This document shows, in pieces, positions 45,027 through 55,227 of a stretch of 64,000 nt of DNA. How positions within the stretch are numbered: the first letter of the stretch is position 1; every line of letters starts with the position of its first letter. The DNA is from an uncultured Candidatus Saccharibacteria bacterium (GTDB taxonomy: Bacteria > Patescibacteriota > Minisyncoccia > UBA6257 > 1-14-0-10-44-23): assembly GCA_964641225.1 (NCBI GenBank), contig CAZXKC010000003.1, positions 1,177 through 65,176 on the forward strand, in the 5' to 3' direction. The notes under the pieces are model-generated. The model had not been told where the DNA came from, ran no database searches, and saw only the letters and a program-made list of their open reading frames with translations. The position numbers and the translations under genes were made by a program.

Positions 45027-46001
45027 CTACCAGGTCCTCACCTCAAAGTGCGTGTGCGGACCGGTTGAAATACCAGTTGAACCCATAAGCCCAATAACCT
45101 CACCTTGTTTCACCTTCTGACCAGGCACCACCAAAATATCGGAAAGGTGACCGTAGAGCGTCTCAACTGCAAAACCGCTGGGCATAACCAGACTTGGGTG
45201 CTCAATAAGAACATAATTTCCATATCCGCCACCCCATCCATACGGCGCGCGGAGCACAACACCGTCACCCGAGGCAACAACAGGAGTACCAACTTTATTA
45301 GGAATATCGCGCGCGCTATACCGATCATGAGCAGGCCCGATTGGTCCTTTCGCTGGCCAGATAAAGCCCTTTGGTAAATAGCCGTTAAATTGAACGGTAG
45401 TAATGGCCTTCGGTGCATCAATGACTACAGGCAAGACGAGCTGATCGCCGACAATAAGCGGACCATCAGTTGTTAAGCGATTCAGACGAATCAATTCCTT
45501 TTCATCAACATGACGAGCCTGAGCAATCGTAAATGCGGTATCGCCCGGACCAACTCTATACAGCTCACCTGAAGCCTTAGGAGAGGAAGCGCTAAACAAT
45601 ACCGCCTCTTCAGCGGAAGCGGCGCCGTGCGGATTCACAGATACTGGTGACCCAACTACTGCTCCAGCATCAAGGCCCTCATCGAAAATACCGGTATGAG
45701 CATATGCGACTCCTTCAGTAAAAATATCAACATCGTGCTCGCTATGAGACTCAGGACCTCCATAAATAACCTCAGTAGAGGCCTTGGGGGAAACAGAGAA
45801 GGCTATCTCAGCAAAAAAAGCTACAGCGACAAGTAAGGCGACAACGCCAACTGTCCTCGGCAGAGTCGAGGTGATCTGTTTACTTGTGCGTAAACAGGCA
45901 AGAAACATAGATTTTATGCGGGGAAATAACTGCTCAAACCACTGGAAACTCCCCAAACGTGTATTCATAATCATGTTCCAATTGCACAATCTTTTGCTCA
46001 C
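45027..46001 (-). CDS. LysM + M23 family metallopeptidase (start uncertain)
   Basis: YRVGPGDT..TIA LysM; GTPVVASGDG, GYGNYVLIEH, TLYGHL, STGPHTHFEV. Confidence 0.9.
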   Translation of the reverse strand: MSKRLCNWNMIMNTRLGSFQWFEQLFPRIKSMFLACLRTSKQITSTLPRTVGVVALLVAVAFFAEIAFSVSPKASTEVIYGGPESHSEHDVDIFTEGVAYAHTGIFDEGLDAGAVVGSPVSVNPHGAASAEEAVLFSASSPKASGELYRVGPGDTAFTIAQARHVDEKELIRLNRLTTDGPLIVGDQLVLPVVIDAPKAITTVQFNGYLPKGFIWPAKGPIGPAHDRYSARDIPNKVGTPVVASGDGVVLRAPYGWGGGYGNYVLIEHPSLVMPSGFAVETLYGHLSDILVVPGQKVKQGEVIGLMGSTGISTGPHTHFEVRTW

Positions 46002-46053
46002 GGACGCAATAGGAACAGGTATTCATAGTATCAGAAAAACCAGACTCTGTAAA

Positions 46054-46185
46054 CCGGGCAGTAGAAATGCGAGAAGGACGAGCCAAATATGCATTTGTCT
46101 TAAAACTAGCCTTTTTTACAATGGAAATTGAATATTTTTAAGAATTTCGCTAGTGCAAGCGAGCACTCGCATTTTCACTGCCCGG
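46054..46185. repeat. MITE/REP-like element copy 2 (inverted relative to copy 1)
   Basis: CCGGGCAGTAGAAATGCGAG ... CTCGCATTTTCACTGCCCGG. Confidence 0.7.
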
Positions 46186-46208
46186 TAAATCCGCTATACT
46201 ACTGGTCT

Positions 46209-48023
46209 ATGAATCTTAACCCCGACCAAGACCGCGCAGTTAACCACCCCGGCGGACCACTTTTAATGGCTGCGGGAGCAGGATCCGGTAAAACAAAGGC
46301 CTTAACCAGCAGAGTAAAGGCGTTAATTGCCAAAGGAGTCCCGCCGCATGAGATCGTCGCGATAACATTTACAAACAAGGCGGCAAAAGAGATGCGCGAA
46401 CGCATTTTTGGCAAAGACCGCGCCGAGATGAAATGGTCGCCGCACTTTCCTATATATGGAGAACCGTTTATCGGCACATTTCACTCGTTTGGTGCAAAAT
46501 TACTAAAAAATGAAGGCGCGATCATCGGACGCACGCCGACTTTTTCAATTTATGATGACGATGACTCCGGCGGGCTGATCAAACAGATTCTGAAGGAGAT
46601 GGATTTGAGCAAAGATTTATTTAAGCCAAAAGTGTTGGCCGGGCGTATCAGCTCAATCAAAAGTGAACTCAAAAGCACCGCTAGTCTTTTCGAATCGCCG
46701 GATCGGCGCGATCAGATCTTTGCTGAAATTTTTAACCGCTACGAACGCGCGCTTAAGGCAAATAATGCCTTTGATTTTGACGATCTTATCGAAAAACCGG
46801 TACGCATCTTTGAAGAGCACCCTGAAATTTTGGCAAAATACCAGAAATTATTTAGCCAGATCTTAGTTGACGAGTATCAGGACATCAATACGGCACAGTA
46901 TCAGCTGGTTAAAAAACTGGCACAGCAACACAGAAATATCAGTGTCGTAGGGGACGACTTTCAATCAATCTATGCATTTCGCGGCGCAGACTTTCGTAAC
47001 TTTTTAAATTTCACGAAAGACTGGAAGGACGCAACACTGATTAAACTTGAGCAAAATTATCGCTCAACAGCCAATATTATTAATGCCGCGAATGCCGTCA
47101 TTAAAAATAATACTGTTCAAACTGCAAAAAATTTGTGGACAGAAAATCCAGCCGGGGATCGTATAAAAATTATCGCCGCGAATGATGCTGATACTGAGGC
47201 GACCTGGATTGCCAGCGAAATTTGGAATCTGCGCCGTGCAAATCCGCAGATCGAGACGGCAATTTTGTATCGTACAAATGCTCAGTCGCGCGCTATTGAA
47301 CAAGCGCTACTCTCATCAAACATACCGTACAAAATTTTTGGCGGGTTAAAATTTTACGATCGCAAAGAAATTAAAGATATTCTTGCCGGACTGCGCCTCG
47401 CGAACAATCCGCTCGACACCATAAGCATTGAGCGACTGCAGGCCTCGCTTGGCAAACGCGCCAGCGCGCCGGTCATTGGTGCCATGAACTCTGACTGGGC
47501 AGGCAAGGGGATCGCGGAAATCATTGATGCGTTTATGCGATCAGCGAACTACACGGCGTTTCTGGAGGAGAAATTTACGAACGGGCAGGAGCGCATGGAA
47601 AACATCATGGAGCTTATTAAATTCGCCGGGGAATTTCCAAGCCTGCCGGAATTTTTAGAGCGAGCCTCGCTACTGCAATCCGCCGACCAACCCAGCGGGG
47701 AAGAAGGGCGCGCAGAGAATCCGGTTAACTTAATGACTATTCATATCGCCAAAGGTCTTGAATTTGATTATGTATTTGTAATCGGCGTGAATGAAGGAAC
47801 GCTGCCGCATGAACGATCGCTTGATCGTCTTGAACAGGTTGAAGAGGAGCGACGTCTGATGTATGTTGCTATGACGCGCGCGCGCAAAGGCTTATATGCG
47901 TTATTTCACGCATTCCCGAGCAGATTTATTTACGAGATCCCGCGCGATATCTGCGAATTTATCAGCTGTGACGGTATGCGCAATGCACTGCCAGATGAAG
48001 ACGAAATGTGGATTGAAAATTAG
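46209..48023 (+). CDS. pcrA: UvrD/PcrA DNA helicase
   Basis: AGAGSGKT, TFTNKAA, DEYQD, LEQNYRS, AKGLEF, EEERRLMYVAMTRA; start refined to 46209. Confidence 0.95.
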   Translation: MNLNPDQDRAVNHPGGPLLMAAGAGSGKTKALTSRVKALIAKGVPPHEIVAITFTNKAAKEMRERIFGKDRAEMKWSPHFPIYGEPFIGTFHSFGAKLLKNEGAIIGRTPTFSIYDDDDSGGLIKQILKEMDLSKDLFKPKVLAGRISSIKSELKSTASLFESPDRRDQIFAEIFNRYERALKANNAFDFDDLIEKPVRIFEEHPEILAKYQKLFSQILVDEYQDINTAQYQLVKKLAQQHRNISVVGDDFQSIYAFRGADFRNFLNFTKDWKDATLIKLEQNYRSTANIINAANAVIKNNTVQTAKNLWTENPAGDRIKIIAANDADTEATWIASEIWNLRRANPQIETAILYRTNAQSRAIEQALLSSNIPYKIFGGLKFYDRKEIKDILAGLRLANNPLDTISIERLQASLGKRASAPVIGAMNSDWAGKGIAEIIDAFMRSANYTAFLEEKFTNGQERMENIMELIKFAGEFPSLPEFLERASLLQSADQPSGEEGRAENPVNLMTIHIAKGLEFDYVFVIGVNEGTLPHERSLDRLEQVEEERRLMYVAMTRARKGLYALFHAFPSRFIYEIPRDICEFISCDGMRNALPDEDEMWIEN

Positions 48024-48063
48024 ATGAATACTCCGCTTAGTACACTATTCTAGCCTAAAGAAT

Positions 48064-48843
48064 ATGGGAGAAAAACTTGGTCAACATTTTTTAATCAATA
48101 CTGATGCGATTCAACGTATCAGCGAGGGGGTTGATATTAAAAAAGGGGAAACGATCATTGAAATTGGCCCGGGCGCAGGCGCATTAACTAAACCGCTTGC
48201 GCAGATCTGCAAAAAAGTCGGCGCCAAATTAATTTGTATTGAGAAAGACCCTGAACTTGCGCATGCTCTCACGCTACATGTCCAGAGCGGGGAATTAGAG
48301 CGGGCTGAAATCATTACGGGCGATGCGCTGCATGAACTTCCTAGACTAGCTCAGCAGCAGGCTGCTTATAAACTCGTCGGCAACATTCCGTATTACATCA
48401 CCGGGCATTTATTACGAATTATCGGAGAACTAAAACACAAACCCGTGCGCATTGTGCTGATGATTCAAAAAGAGGTCGCAGAGCGTGTTTCAGCAAAGCC
48501 GGGCGAGATGAATTTGCTAGCAGCGGCAACTCAGATCTGGGCCACTGTGCAATTACTTTTTACGCTTCCACCGAGCGATTTTGACCCGCCGCCACAAGTT
48601 CACTCCGCGGTCGTAACCTTAACCCCAAAAGATACCCCGGTATCACCGGAGGAGGCGACTCATTATTACGAATCGCTGCACGTTATGTTTAAACAGCCCC
48701 GTAAAATGCTCATTAATAATCTGAGCGAAAAAATCAGTCGTGAAGAGGCAACTGCACTCATAAAAGAGCTCAATCTTTCTGAGAAATCCCGTCCGCAAGA
48801 CCTCACTGTTCAGCAAATAGTTACCCTGAGCTCTCTTCTTTAG
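48064..48843 (+). CDS. rsmA: 16S rRNA m6,2A dimethyltransferase
   Basis: LGQHFL, EIGPGAGALT, GNIPYYIT, MIQKEVAER. Confidence 0.97.
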   Translation: MGEKLGQHFLINTDAIQRISEGVDIKKGETIIEIGPGAGALTKPLAQICKKVGAKLICIEKDPELAHALTLHVQSGELERAEIITGDALHELPRLAQQQAAYKLVGNIPYYITGHLLRIIGELKHKPVRIVLMIQKEVAERVSAKPGEMNLLAAATQIWATVQLLFTLPPSDFDPPPQVHSAVVTLTPKDTPVSPEEATHYYESLHVMFKQPRKMLINNLSEKISREEATALIKELNLSEKSRPQDLTVQQIVTLSSLL

Positions 48844-48912
48844 TATTTAGGGCTTTTACACAGGTTATTCCCATGTTTTCCCGTGTTACACTAAATGTGT
48901 ATCACACTACAC

Positions 48913-49635
48913 ATGAAACGCCTTGCGCTCATCATATCTATTTGTGTTGGTCTTAGCGTAATCAGTCTCTTAATTGTTGTCGGCGCATTTGGCGGAGGTC
49001 ATACAGTTACGGCAACAGCACCTGTGCTGCAAAGCCCGCTTTCAACGCGCACAACGCCAAACTTAACTGAAGCAGCTGCAACAACAATCGCTCAGGCTCT
49101 AATCGATAAAAACCCGACCGGCCCCGCAATGAATGGTACAGCTCCACAGGCAACTCTTAATTCTGCGAGTATTGTTACTCAGGTTGTAGAAGAGACAGCG
49201 CAGCAGGCTCAAGAAATATCTCTTGTACCAACAATTACAGGCGATATGTTGCAGGTGATTAACGCAACTGACGCTCGTTCAATCCAAGCATATCTACAAA
49301 GCGTGCTTAGCATCTATGCCAAGCATCTTCTAGGAAGCAGTATTAATCAAGCTAATCCAGCATCCAGCGATTTCACGATCTTATCGCAGACCCGTATCGA
49401 TGCCTTCAAAGAGATACTCGCGCTTGCAGTGCCTCTTCCGATGCGTGACATTCAAACGCGACTACTAACCATCCTTGGCACACAAAGCAACATTTTTGCT
49501 GCTCTGGCGCAGCGCGCCGGTGATCCACTGCGCGCACTTATCGCGGCAAAAGCAGCCCCTGAGGTCGCCACAGATGCACTCGCACTCCAACAAGATATTA
49601 ATGCCTATATCGCCGCACATCACATCACGCTCTAA
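48913..49635 (+). CDS. Exported helical hypothetical protein at the start of the T4SS-like cluster
   Basis: N-terminal signal/TM; stop is 1 nt before the next ATG. Confidence 0.7.
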   Translation: MKRLALIISICVGLSVISLLIVVGAFGGGHTVTATAPVLQSPLSTRTTPNLTEAAATTIAQALIDKNPTGPAMNGTAPQATLNSASIVTQVVEETAQQAQEISLVPTITGDMLQVINATDARSIQAYLQSVLSIYAKHLLGSSINQANPASSDFTILSQTRIDAFKEILALAVPLPMRDIQTRLLTILGTQSNIFAALAQRAGDPLRALIAAKAAPEVATDALALQQDINAYIAAHHITL

Positions 49636-49636
49636 C

Positions 49637-51595
49637 ATGCTAACCGCATATCTCAACAAGTTAATACGCGGCGGTATAGCGATAGTCCTAGTACTAGGAT
49701 GCTTTGCGGCAGGCACCGCGCAGGCACAAATTCCGGTAACCGACGTTGCGCACTTATTTGAAACTACGCTGGGCGTTGGTCAGAATACGATCACGGCGGC
49801 TCAAACTACGATTGGCACGGTCCAGCAGTTATATGAATGGACGCAGACATTTGTGCTCGCTGATCTTAAAAAACAACTACTTGATTCAATCAGCAAAAAA
49901 ACGCTGAGCTTTATCCAGGGAGGAGGACAGCCAAAATTTGTTACAAACTGGAGCACCTATTTTAATCAGGCAAGCTTGTCAGGTGCAGCCTCAGTCGCAG
50001 CCGGCGTACAAAATGCGCAGCTCTGCGATACATTTTCTCAAAAATTAAAAAGTGATATTGGCAACCCGGGACCCAATACAACCGACGTTGCCAACATGAG
50101 TAGTCTCAACTGCGATTTTAAGCCAGGAGAATTAAACGCGTTTAATAATGATTTTCGTAATGGAGGATGGGACGCATATCTAAAAACCCTTGAGCCCAAT
50201 AACAACTATACCGGTGCATATCTGGCAACAAAAAATGCTCAAGCACAGTCTGCAGCACAGGCGCAAGAGGCGGCAAAGAGCGAGGCGATCGCAGGTGGTG
50301 GATTTTTGTCGGCAAAAACTGTTGATAGCGCCGGCAACACAACTATTACAGCACCTGGCTCTGTCTTTGAGCATGAAATTGCCAACACGCTTAACGGTGA
50401 TCGTGAACTGATCGTGAATGCAACTCAGCTTTCAGACTTAATCGGTAGCATTGCAAACGGCGTCAGCTCCGAGGTACTTAAATCTAACGGCAGTGGAGAT
50501 ACTGGGCTGACTGGCATTAACCTTGCGGCACGACAACGAGCTAGTAATGCGCGGCGAAATCCTGACGGAACTATCAGATCGATTACTGCGGAAGACTGCG
50601 CCGAGGTACTTACGATAGTTGACGTTGATAATAATGGTGCAATTACTCAAATCGACATAGACGTAGCGATTGAAAATGCGCAAAACGATCCGACGAATAA
50701 CGACTATGCGCTTTATTCTGCCTGCTTAGGTAGCGTTAATGCAGAGGAGGGGGCGCAAAACAGAAAAGAGCGCCTTCTTTCTCAGCTTGATGACATTGCA
50801 AACACCTTACGCGCAGCGAAAAGTGCGATGTCGAATTTGTCTAACAAAATCAAAGCACTCGCAGCCTTTACTATCGCTACAGCAAGTGGACCTGGACTCA
50901 ACCCAGACCGAAGCTGCTTTAACCTCGCCGCTGATGGCATAAATGATGACGTAAACAATCCAAAGCAGGGAAGGAAACTGACTACGGCAGACAAAGCAGC
51001 CGGTCTTACCAAAGATACGGTTGAGCGATCAATTGAAACCGGCACTGCATATAGCTCGAGCAAGAAAAAATGGTTGTCCTGCCTTGTACAAGGGGAGAGT
51101 CGCACGATCACATACAATGGTGCTTCATACGATGTTGATGGCTATGATACCTACGCCCGCAACGTAAACACCTTGCTCGTACTTCGCAAAGAACTTAACA
51201 AATCTATTAGTGATCTAGCTGATTTCCGCGCAAAGGTTCGAACCACTCCTAAAAATGCAAAAGATTTTACAGTAACTCCGGCGGCACTCGTACTTGCGCA
51301 ACTCGAAAATTTCTTCCAGTCGGCGAGCGACTCATCCAGCCCGAATTTCCTAACCAACAATTCCGATGCAATCGTCGCCGCTGTGCCGACCTATGACCCA
51401 AGTCGACCACTTACCGCGGTCCAAAGCATCGTACCTGTTTCAGCCGGCTTAGCACAAACAAGCATACTGGCGCACCCTGAATTTAATGCTGATCGCGCAG
51501 CATATATTTTGGCGCTTGCCCGCAACGAAGTAAACACGCCGAGCCTCGCCGACCAGGATGCAAGCCAGGCTCCGACAGACACACAAGAGGAATAA
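49637..51595 (+). CDS. Secreted protein with VirB5/TrbJ-like N terminus
   Basis: Signal peptide ending AQA-QIPVTD; helical; DVDNNGAITQID Ca-binding-type loop. Confidence 0.65.
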   Translation: MLTAYLNKLIRGGIAIVLVLGCFAAGTAQAQIPVTDVAHLFETTLGVGQNTITAAQTTIGTVQQLYEWTQTFVLADLKKQLLDSISKKTLSFIQGGGQPKFVTNWSTYFNQASLSGAASVAAGVQNAQLCDTFSQKLKSDIGNPGPNTTDVANMSSLNCDFKPGELNAFNNDFRNGGWDAYLKTLEPNNNYTGAYLATKNAQAQSAAQAQEAAKSEAIAGGGFLSAKTVDSAGNTTITAPGSVFEHEIANTLNGDRELIVNATQLSDLIGSIANGVSSEVLKSNGSGDTGLTGINLAARQRASNARRNPDGTIRSITAEDCAEVLTIVDVDNNGAITQIDIDVAIENAQNDPTNNDYALYSACLGSVNAEEGAQNRKERLLSQLDDIANTLRAAKSAMSNLSNKIKALAAFTIATASGPGLNPDRSCFNLAADGINDDVNNPKQGRKLTTADKAAGLTKDTVERSIETGTAYSSSKKKWLSCLVQGESRTITYNGASYDVDGYDTYARNVNTLLVLRKELNKSISDLADFRAKVRTTPKNAKDFTVTPAALVLAQLENFFQSASDSSSPNFLTNNSDAIVAAVPTYDPSRPLTAVQSIVPVSAGLAQTSILAHPEFNADRAAYILALARNEVNTPSLADQDASQAPTDTQEE

Positions 51596-51598
51596 TCC

Positions 51599-53623
51599 AT
51601 GAAATCTACATTACTAAAAAAACTACTGATCGGCCTGTGCGTGTGTGCGCTTATTGCTCTGCCTATTATTGCGCTACCTCAAAATGCGCAAGCAGCCACA
51701 ACCGCCGAAGCGCCTCTCTTTTTTGGGTGCAGTCTTGGTTTTTCAGATATCTTCCAATGTACAGTGGGCAACTTATTGCTTCTAGTGAAATACTTTTTGG
51801 GAATGGTTCTGACGCTCGTCTCACAACTTATTGGCTGGTTCATTCATTACAGTACGACAATCATGAGTCTACCGGCTGTTACTGCCGGATTTAAGGTAGC
51901 GCTTGGGGCGGTCAATGTGCTATTTGTAATGGCGCTCATCGTAATGGCCTTCCAAATTATCTTGGGCCTCGGCGGACACGAAACCAAAAGTAAGCTTGCC
52001 AAAGTCATCGTCTCAGCCGTCTTAGTCAATTTCAGCTTACTCATTGCTGGTTTTATTCTTGATGTTTCTAACGTCTTCACCAATTTCTTTATCTCTCCGG
52101 TAACCGGCGAAAATTTTGGTGCAGCATTTAATATTCAATTTATAAATAATCTCACGCAACACCTTGGATCTAACCCAAATATTTTTACCTTATTTGCCGT
52201 AGATTTATTTACCGTGCTTTTGACCGGCATCGCACTGATAATAATGATTGCTGTTTTGGGAACAGTTATAGTCCGCACAGTGTACGTAGCCGGCCTGCTT
52301 ATTTTCATGCCTATAATGTGGGGCTTCCGAGTGTTTCCAGGCCTGGAACGATACTCGAGTGAGTGGTGGGACGACTTCTTAAAATGGGGACTGAAGGTGT
52401 TGCCAGTTTTAACCTTCTTCTTATGGCTTGGACTCTCAACTGCTTCACAGCTTGCAAACTTCAAAGACATATCACCTCCGGTCTTGTCGGGAGAAGCAGG
52501 TGCGCTCGGGAAAACACTTACCGAGGCATTTAATGTGCTGCTTCAGCTGGCCATCGTCGGTGGACTGATGATTTACGGTCTCAAGAAGGCAGTAGGCGAG
52601 GGAGGTGCAATTAGTGCATCTGCGACCATTGGAGGAGCAAAAAAACTTCTTGGTCTTGGCGGGAAAATACCCGGCATGGGATTACTTAATAGAAATTTTG
52701 TTAAACCAGCGGCTGGTGGCGCTTCGACTCTATTAACTAAAGCAGGCAACTTGGCAGGCATTGGAGGAGCATTTCGCGGTATCGCTGCGAAAACGGCTGA
52801 ATACTCTCACAATGATCATGACATTGAAGACTTCCAAAAGGCAAACCTTAAGGGGCTTAGCAACGAATCGCTTTATACCTTCAAAGGCAGGAATGATATC
52901 GAAAAAGCTGCTCAACTTAAAGAACTGGCTAGTCGCAAAAAGGTTGGAAAGTTTCTTGCTGATACTACTGGTGGTGCGACCAGAGAACAACGCCTTGGGC
53001 AGATTGAGGATATGGCTCACTCAGTTGCAACACTGACCCATAAACATGACGCAGAGCTTAAGGACGTTGCGGAAATCAAAGAGGCCCTGGAGGCCTCGCC
53101 GTCGCTCGCCGTTAGATTGGGCATACGCAAAACTATTGCTGACCAATTCAAGAACATGCAACCATGGAAAATTGGCGAACTCGATGACTCTAACTTTGAG
53201 ATCAAAAATATTTCAAAGCCCACGGAAGACGAAGGAGCTCTTTCTCTTGCAGCAGTTGGCAACAACTCTGCAGCGGTCAAACAAATATTCTCTTATGGTA
53301 CGGCTGAACTGAAAAGAGTTGTAGAGAAAGGATATGCGGATTTGAATGCTCAATTAGATATAACGTATCCAGCAATGAAAAAAGCAAAACAAGATCTCCT
53401 TAATCAGGATATAAAAATTGCAGCAATGCGCGTTAGCGGTGCAAGCAAGGCAACACTAGCACCTGAACTTCGAAATCGTGCTACGGCCATTCAAAACATC
53501 GAAACAGAAATTAAAAAAATTACTGATGATACCGAAAGGGCACGTGTTACCGGAATTATTAATGGTGAGGCGGTACGTAGACAAACTATCTCGAGAGAGA
53601 GCGGCAATGTTATCAATCCTTAG
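51599..53623 (+). CDS. VirB6/TrbL-like polytopic T4SS membrane protein with long soluble tail
   Basis: Multiple TM; IVSAVLVNFSL...ILDVSN; R.V....L.IF.P....WW..F..W. Confidence 0.75.
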   Translation: MKSTLLKKLLIGLCVCALIALPIIALPQNAQAATTAEAPLFFGCSLGFSDIFQCTVGNLLLLVKYFLGMVLTLVSQLIGWFIHYSTTIMSLPAVTAGFKVALGAVNVLFVMALIVMAFQIILGLGGHETKSKLAKVIVSAVLVNFSLLIAGFILDVSNVFTNFFISPVTGENFGAAFNIQFINNLTQHLGSNPNIFTLFAVDLFTVLLTGIALIIMIAVLGTVIVRTVYVAGLLIFMPIMWGFRVFPGLERYSSEWWDDFLKWGLKVLPVLTFFLWLGLSTASQLANFKDISPPVLSGEAGALGKTLTEAFNVLLQLAIVGGLMIYGLKKAVGEGGAISASATIGGAKKLLGLGGKIPGMGLLNRNFVKPAAGGASTLLTKAGNLAGIGGAFRGIAAKTAEYSHNDHDIEDFQKANLKGLSNESLYTFKGRNDIEKAAQLKELASRKKVGKFLADTTGGATREQRLGQIEDMAHSVATLTHKHDAELKDVAEIKEALEASPSLAVRLGIRKTIADQFKNMQPWKIGELDDSNFEIKNISKPTEDEGALSLAAVGNNSAAVKQIFSYGTAELKRVVEKGYADLNAQLDITYPAMKKAKQDLLNQDIKIAAMRVSGASKATLAPELRNRATAIQNIETEIKKITDDTERARVTGIINGEAVRRQTISRESGNVINP

Positions 53624-53626
53624 TCT

Positions 53627-54373
53627 ATGCCAGCAAATTCTACTCAAAATAAATTTGATGAATTAGACTCAGCCACTAAAACATGGCTGCAGTCTGATAC
53701 CGTATTCAACGTCATCCTTGATCTTAACCAGAAGGCCGGTGCGTTTGGTGCAAGCCTTGAATCGCTTCCAAAAATTATTGTCAGCATTGCAACAGGTAGC
53801 TTAAAACCAGAAAATCTCGCCTGGGCACTTGATAGGGAATGGTTTTTTGCGGATGCGAAAATCATTGAGAAAACTGCGGAAACCATCAAGCAGCGTATTT
53901 TTAAGCCAATCGCACCAGCTCTTAAAAAACTCTACGGCATTGATGTCGAAAAATTAAGCACGGTGCCGCCACCTGAGGCTCCAGCAAAACCAGCAGTGCC
54001 TGCTCCGATAGTCGCCCAGGTCACACGATCAGACAGACCGATCATGGCAGATATTAAAAAACCTGCTCCGTCGCAACCGATGCAGACTGCTCCTGCGAGC
54101 GAGCCTACCCTCAAGGCACAGACAACGCGCCTAGATCGACCATTTACGGCGCCGCCCGCACCGCAAAGCGCTGCGCCAGCAGCGACTCCGACAAAAGAAA
54201 AATCAGCCAGTGGCGTTGACCTTAATAAAGTAGAAGTAACTAAACCGTTCGGATTTGTTGAGGTAGTACCAGCTGCGCCAGCGCCACAAGTTAAACAGGA
54301 GAGTGTTCCGAGCAAGACACCTACGCCACACAACATTGTTCCGTATCACGACGAGCACCCGATGATTGGCTAA
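53627..54373 (+). CDS. Hypothetical protein, helical N terminus and Pro-rich C terminus
   Basis: Tightly spaced between the VirB6-like and PrgI genes. Confidence 0.7.
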   Translation: MPANSTQNKFDELDSATKTWLQSDTVFNVILDLNQKAGAFGASLESLPKIIVSIATGSLKPENLAWALDREWFFADAKIIEKTAETIKQRIFKPIAPALKKLYGIDVEKLSTVPPPEAPAKPAVPAPIVAQVTRSDRPIMADIKKPAPSQPMQTAPASEPTLKAQTTRLDRPFTAPPAPQSAAPAATPTKEKSASGVDLNKVEVTKPFGFVEVVPAAPAPQVKQESVPSKTPTPHNIVPYHDEHPMIG

Positions 54374-54385
54374 CAAACAACTAAG

Positions 54386-54820
54386 ATGCAGTATCAAGTC
54401 CCACAATTTATTGACGTTGAAGACCGCATCTTTGGCCCACTGACGTTGCGGCAATTTCTCTATCTTGCAGGCGCTGGAGCGGGCAGCTTTTTTCTCTTTT
54501 TTCTGATGACAACAAAAGTATGGATCGGTGTTACGGCGCTTTTCTTTGTTATCGCCGCCTCGCTTGCGTTTATTAAAATAAATGGCCGGACGCTGCCGGT
54601 GATGGCCGGATACGTATTTCGATATTTCTGGCTGCCGAAATTCTACGTCTGGAAATATACCGCACCAAATCAAGCGGGAGCAATGACGATTCGCGATTTA
54701 CCGCAGGAGGAACGCGCACATCGTAGCCCGCTGCAAAACTTGATGCTTAAATTTCACGGAGGAAGCGCACAGCCGACTCAACCACATTCGACTACTGCAA
54801 CAGGCCGCCAATCATCGTAA
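54386..54820 (+). CDS. PrgI family (VirB3-like) protein
   Basis: MQYQVPQFIDVEDRIFGPLTLRQF, 2 TM, KINGR...P..YVW. Confidence 0.9.
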   Translation: MQYQVPQFIDVEDRIFGPLTLRQFLYLAGAGAGSFFLFFLMTTKVWIGVTALFFVIAASLAFIKINGRTLPVMAGYVFRYFWLPKFYVWKYTAPNQAGAMTIRDLPQEERAHRSPLQNLMLKFHGGSAQPTQPHSTTATGRQSS

Positions 54821-55226
54821 TAATGCCGTCGGTTGTCTTGCCGTCACAACTGCCGTGCGAGAGCGTGCCGCATTTACCGCCGCTCTTAGCCGAACCAAGC
54901 ACAAAGCCGCCGGACATAAAAATCTGGCCGACGCTTAAGTTTGGTCTATTTGTAAAACTGTAGAGATAGCTGCCGCCATACGGTCCGCCGATGGTTATTA
55001 ATATTCCCAAATCCTTACAGACGCATGAGGTGATATTCACTATTGGGCCGCCAAATCCGATACCTCCATCTGGCATCTTTGGCTTACTTTTTGTCGGCAG
55101 CGCATCGCCGAACTCACTAAATTTAAGTGCTGGCTTTGTAGCAGCCTGAGCTGATAGGGTAGCAGCAACTACAACAAGACAGAGTACTGCGGCGCATTGG
55201 TAGAGCAGCGAATGTTTACTGCGCAT
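54792..55226 (-). CDS. Small secreted Cys/Gly-rich protein
   Basis: Signal peptide AQA; FGGPI...CVC...GKC...C..G.I..IG. Confidence 0.65.
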   Translation of the reverse strand: MRSKHSLLYQCAAVLCLVVVAATLSAQAATKPALKFSEFGDALPTKSKPKMPDGGIGFGGPIVNITSCVCKDLGILITIGGPYGGSYLYSFTNRPNLSVGQIFMSGGFVLGSAKSGGKCGTLSHGSCDGKTTDGIITMIGGLLQ

Positions 55227-55227
55227 A

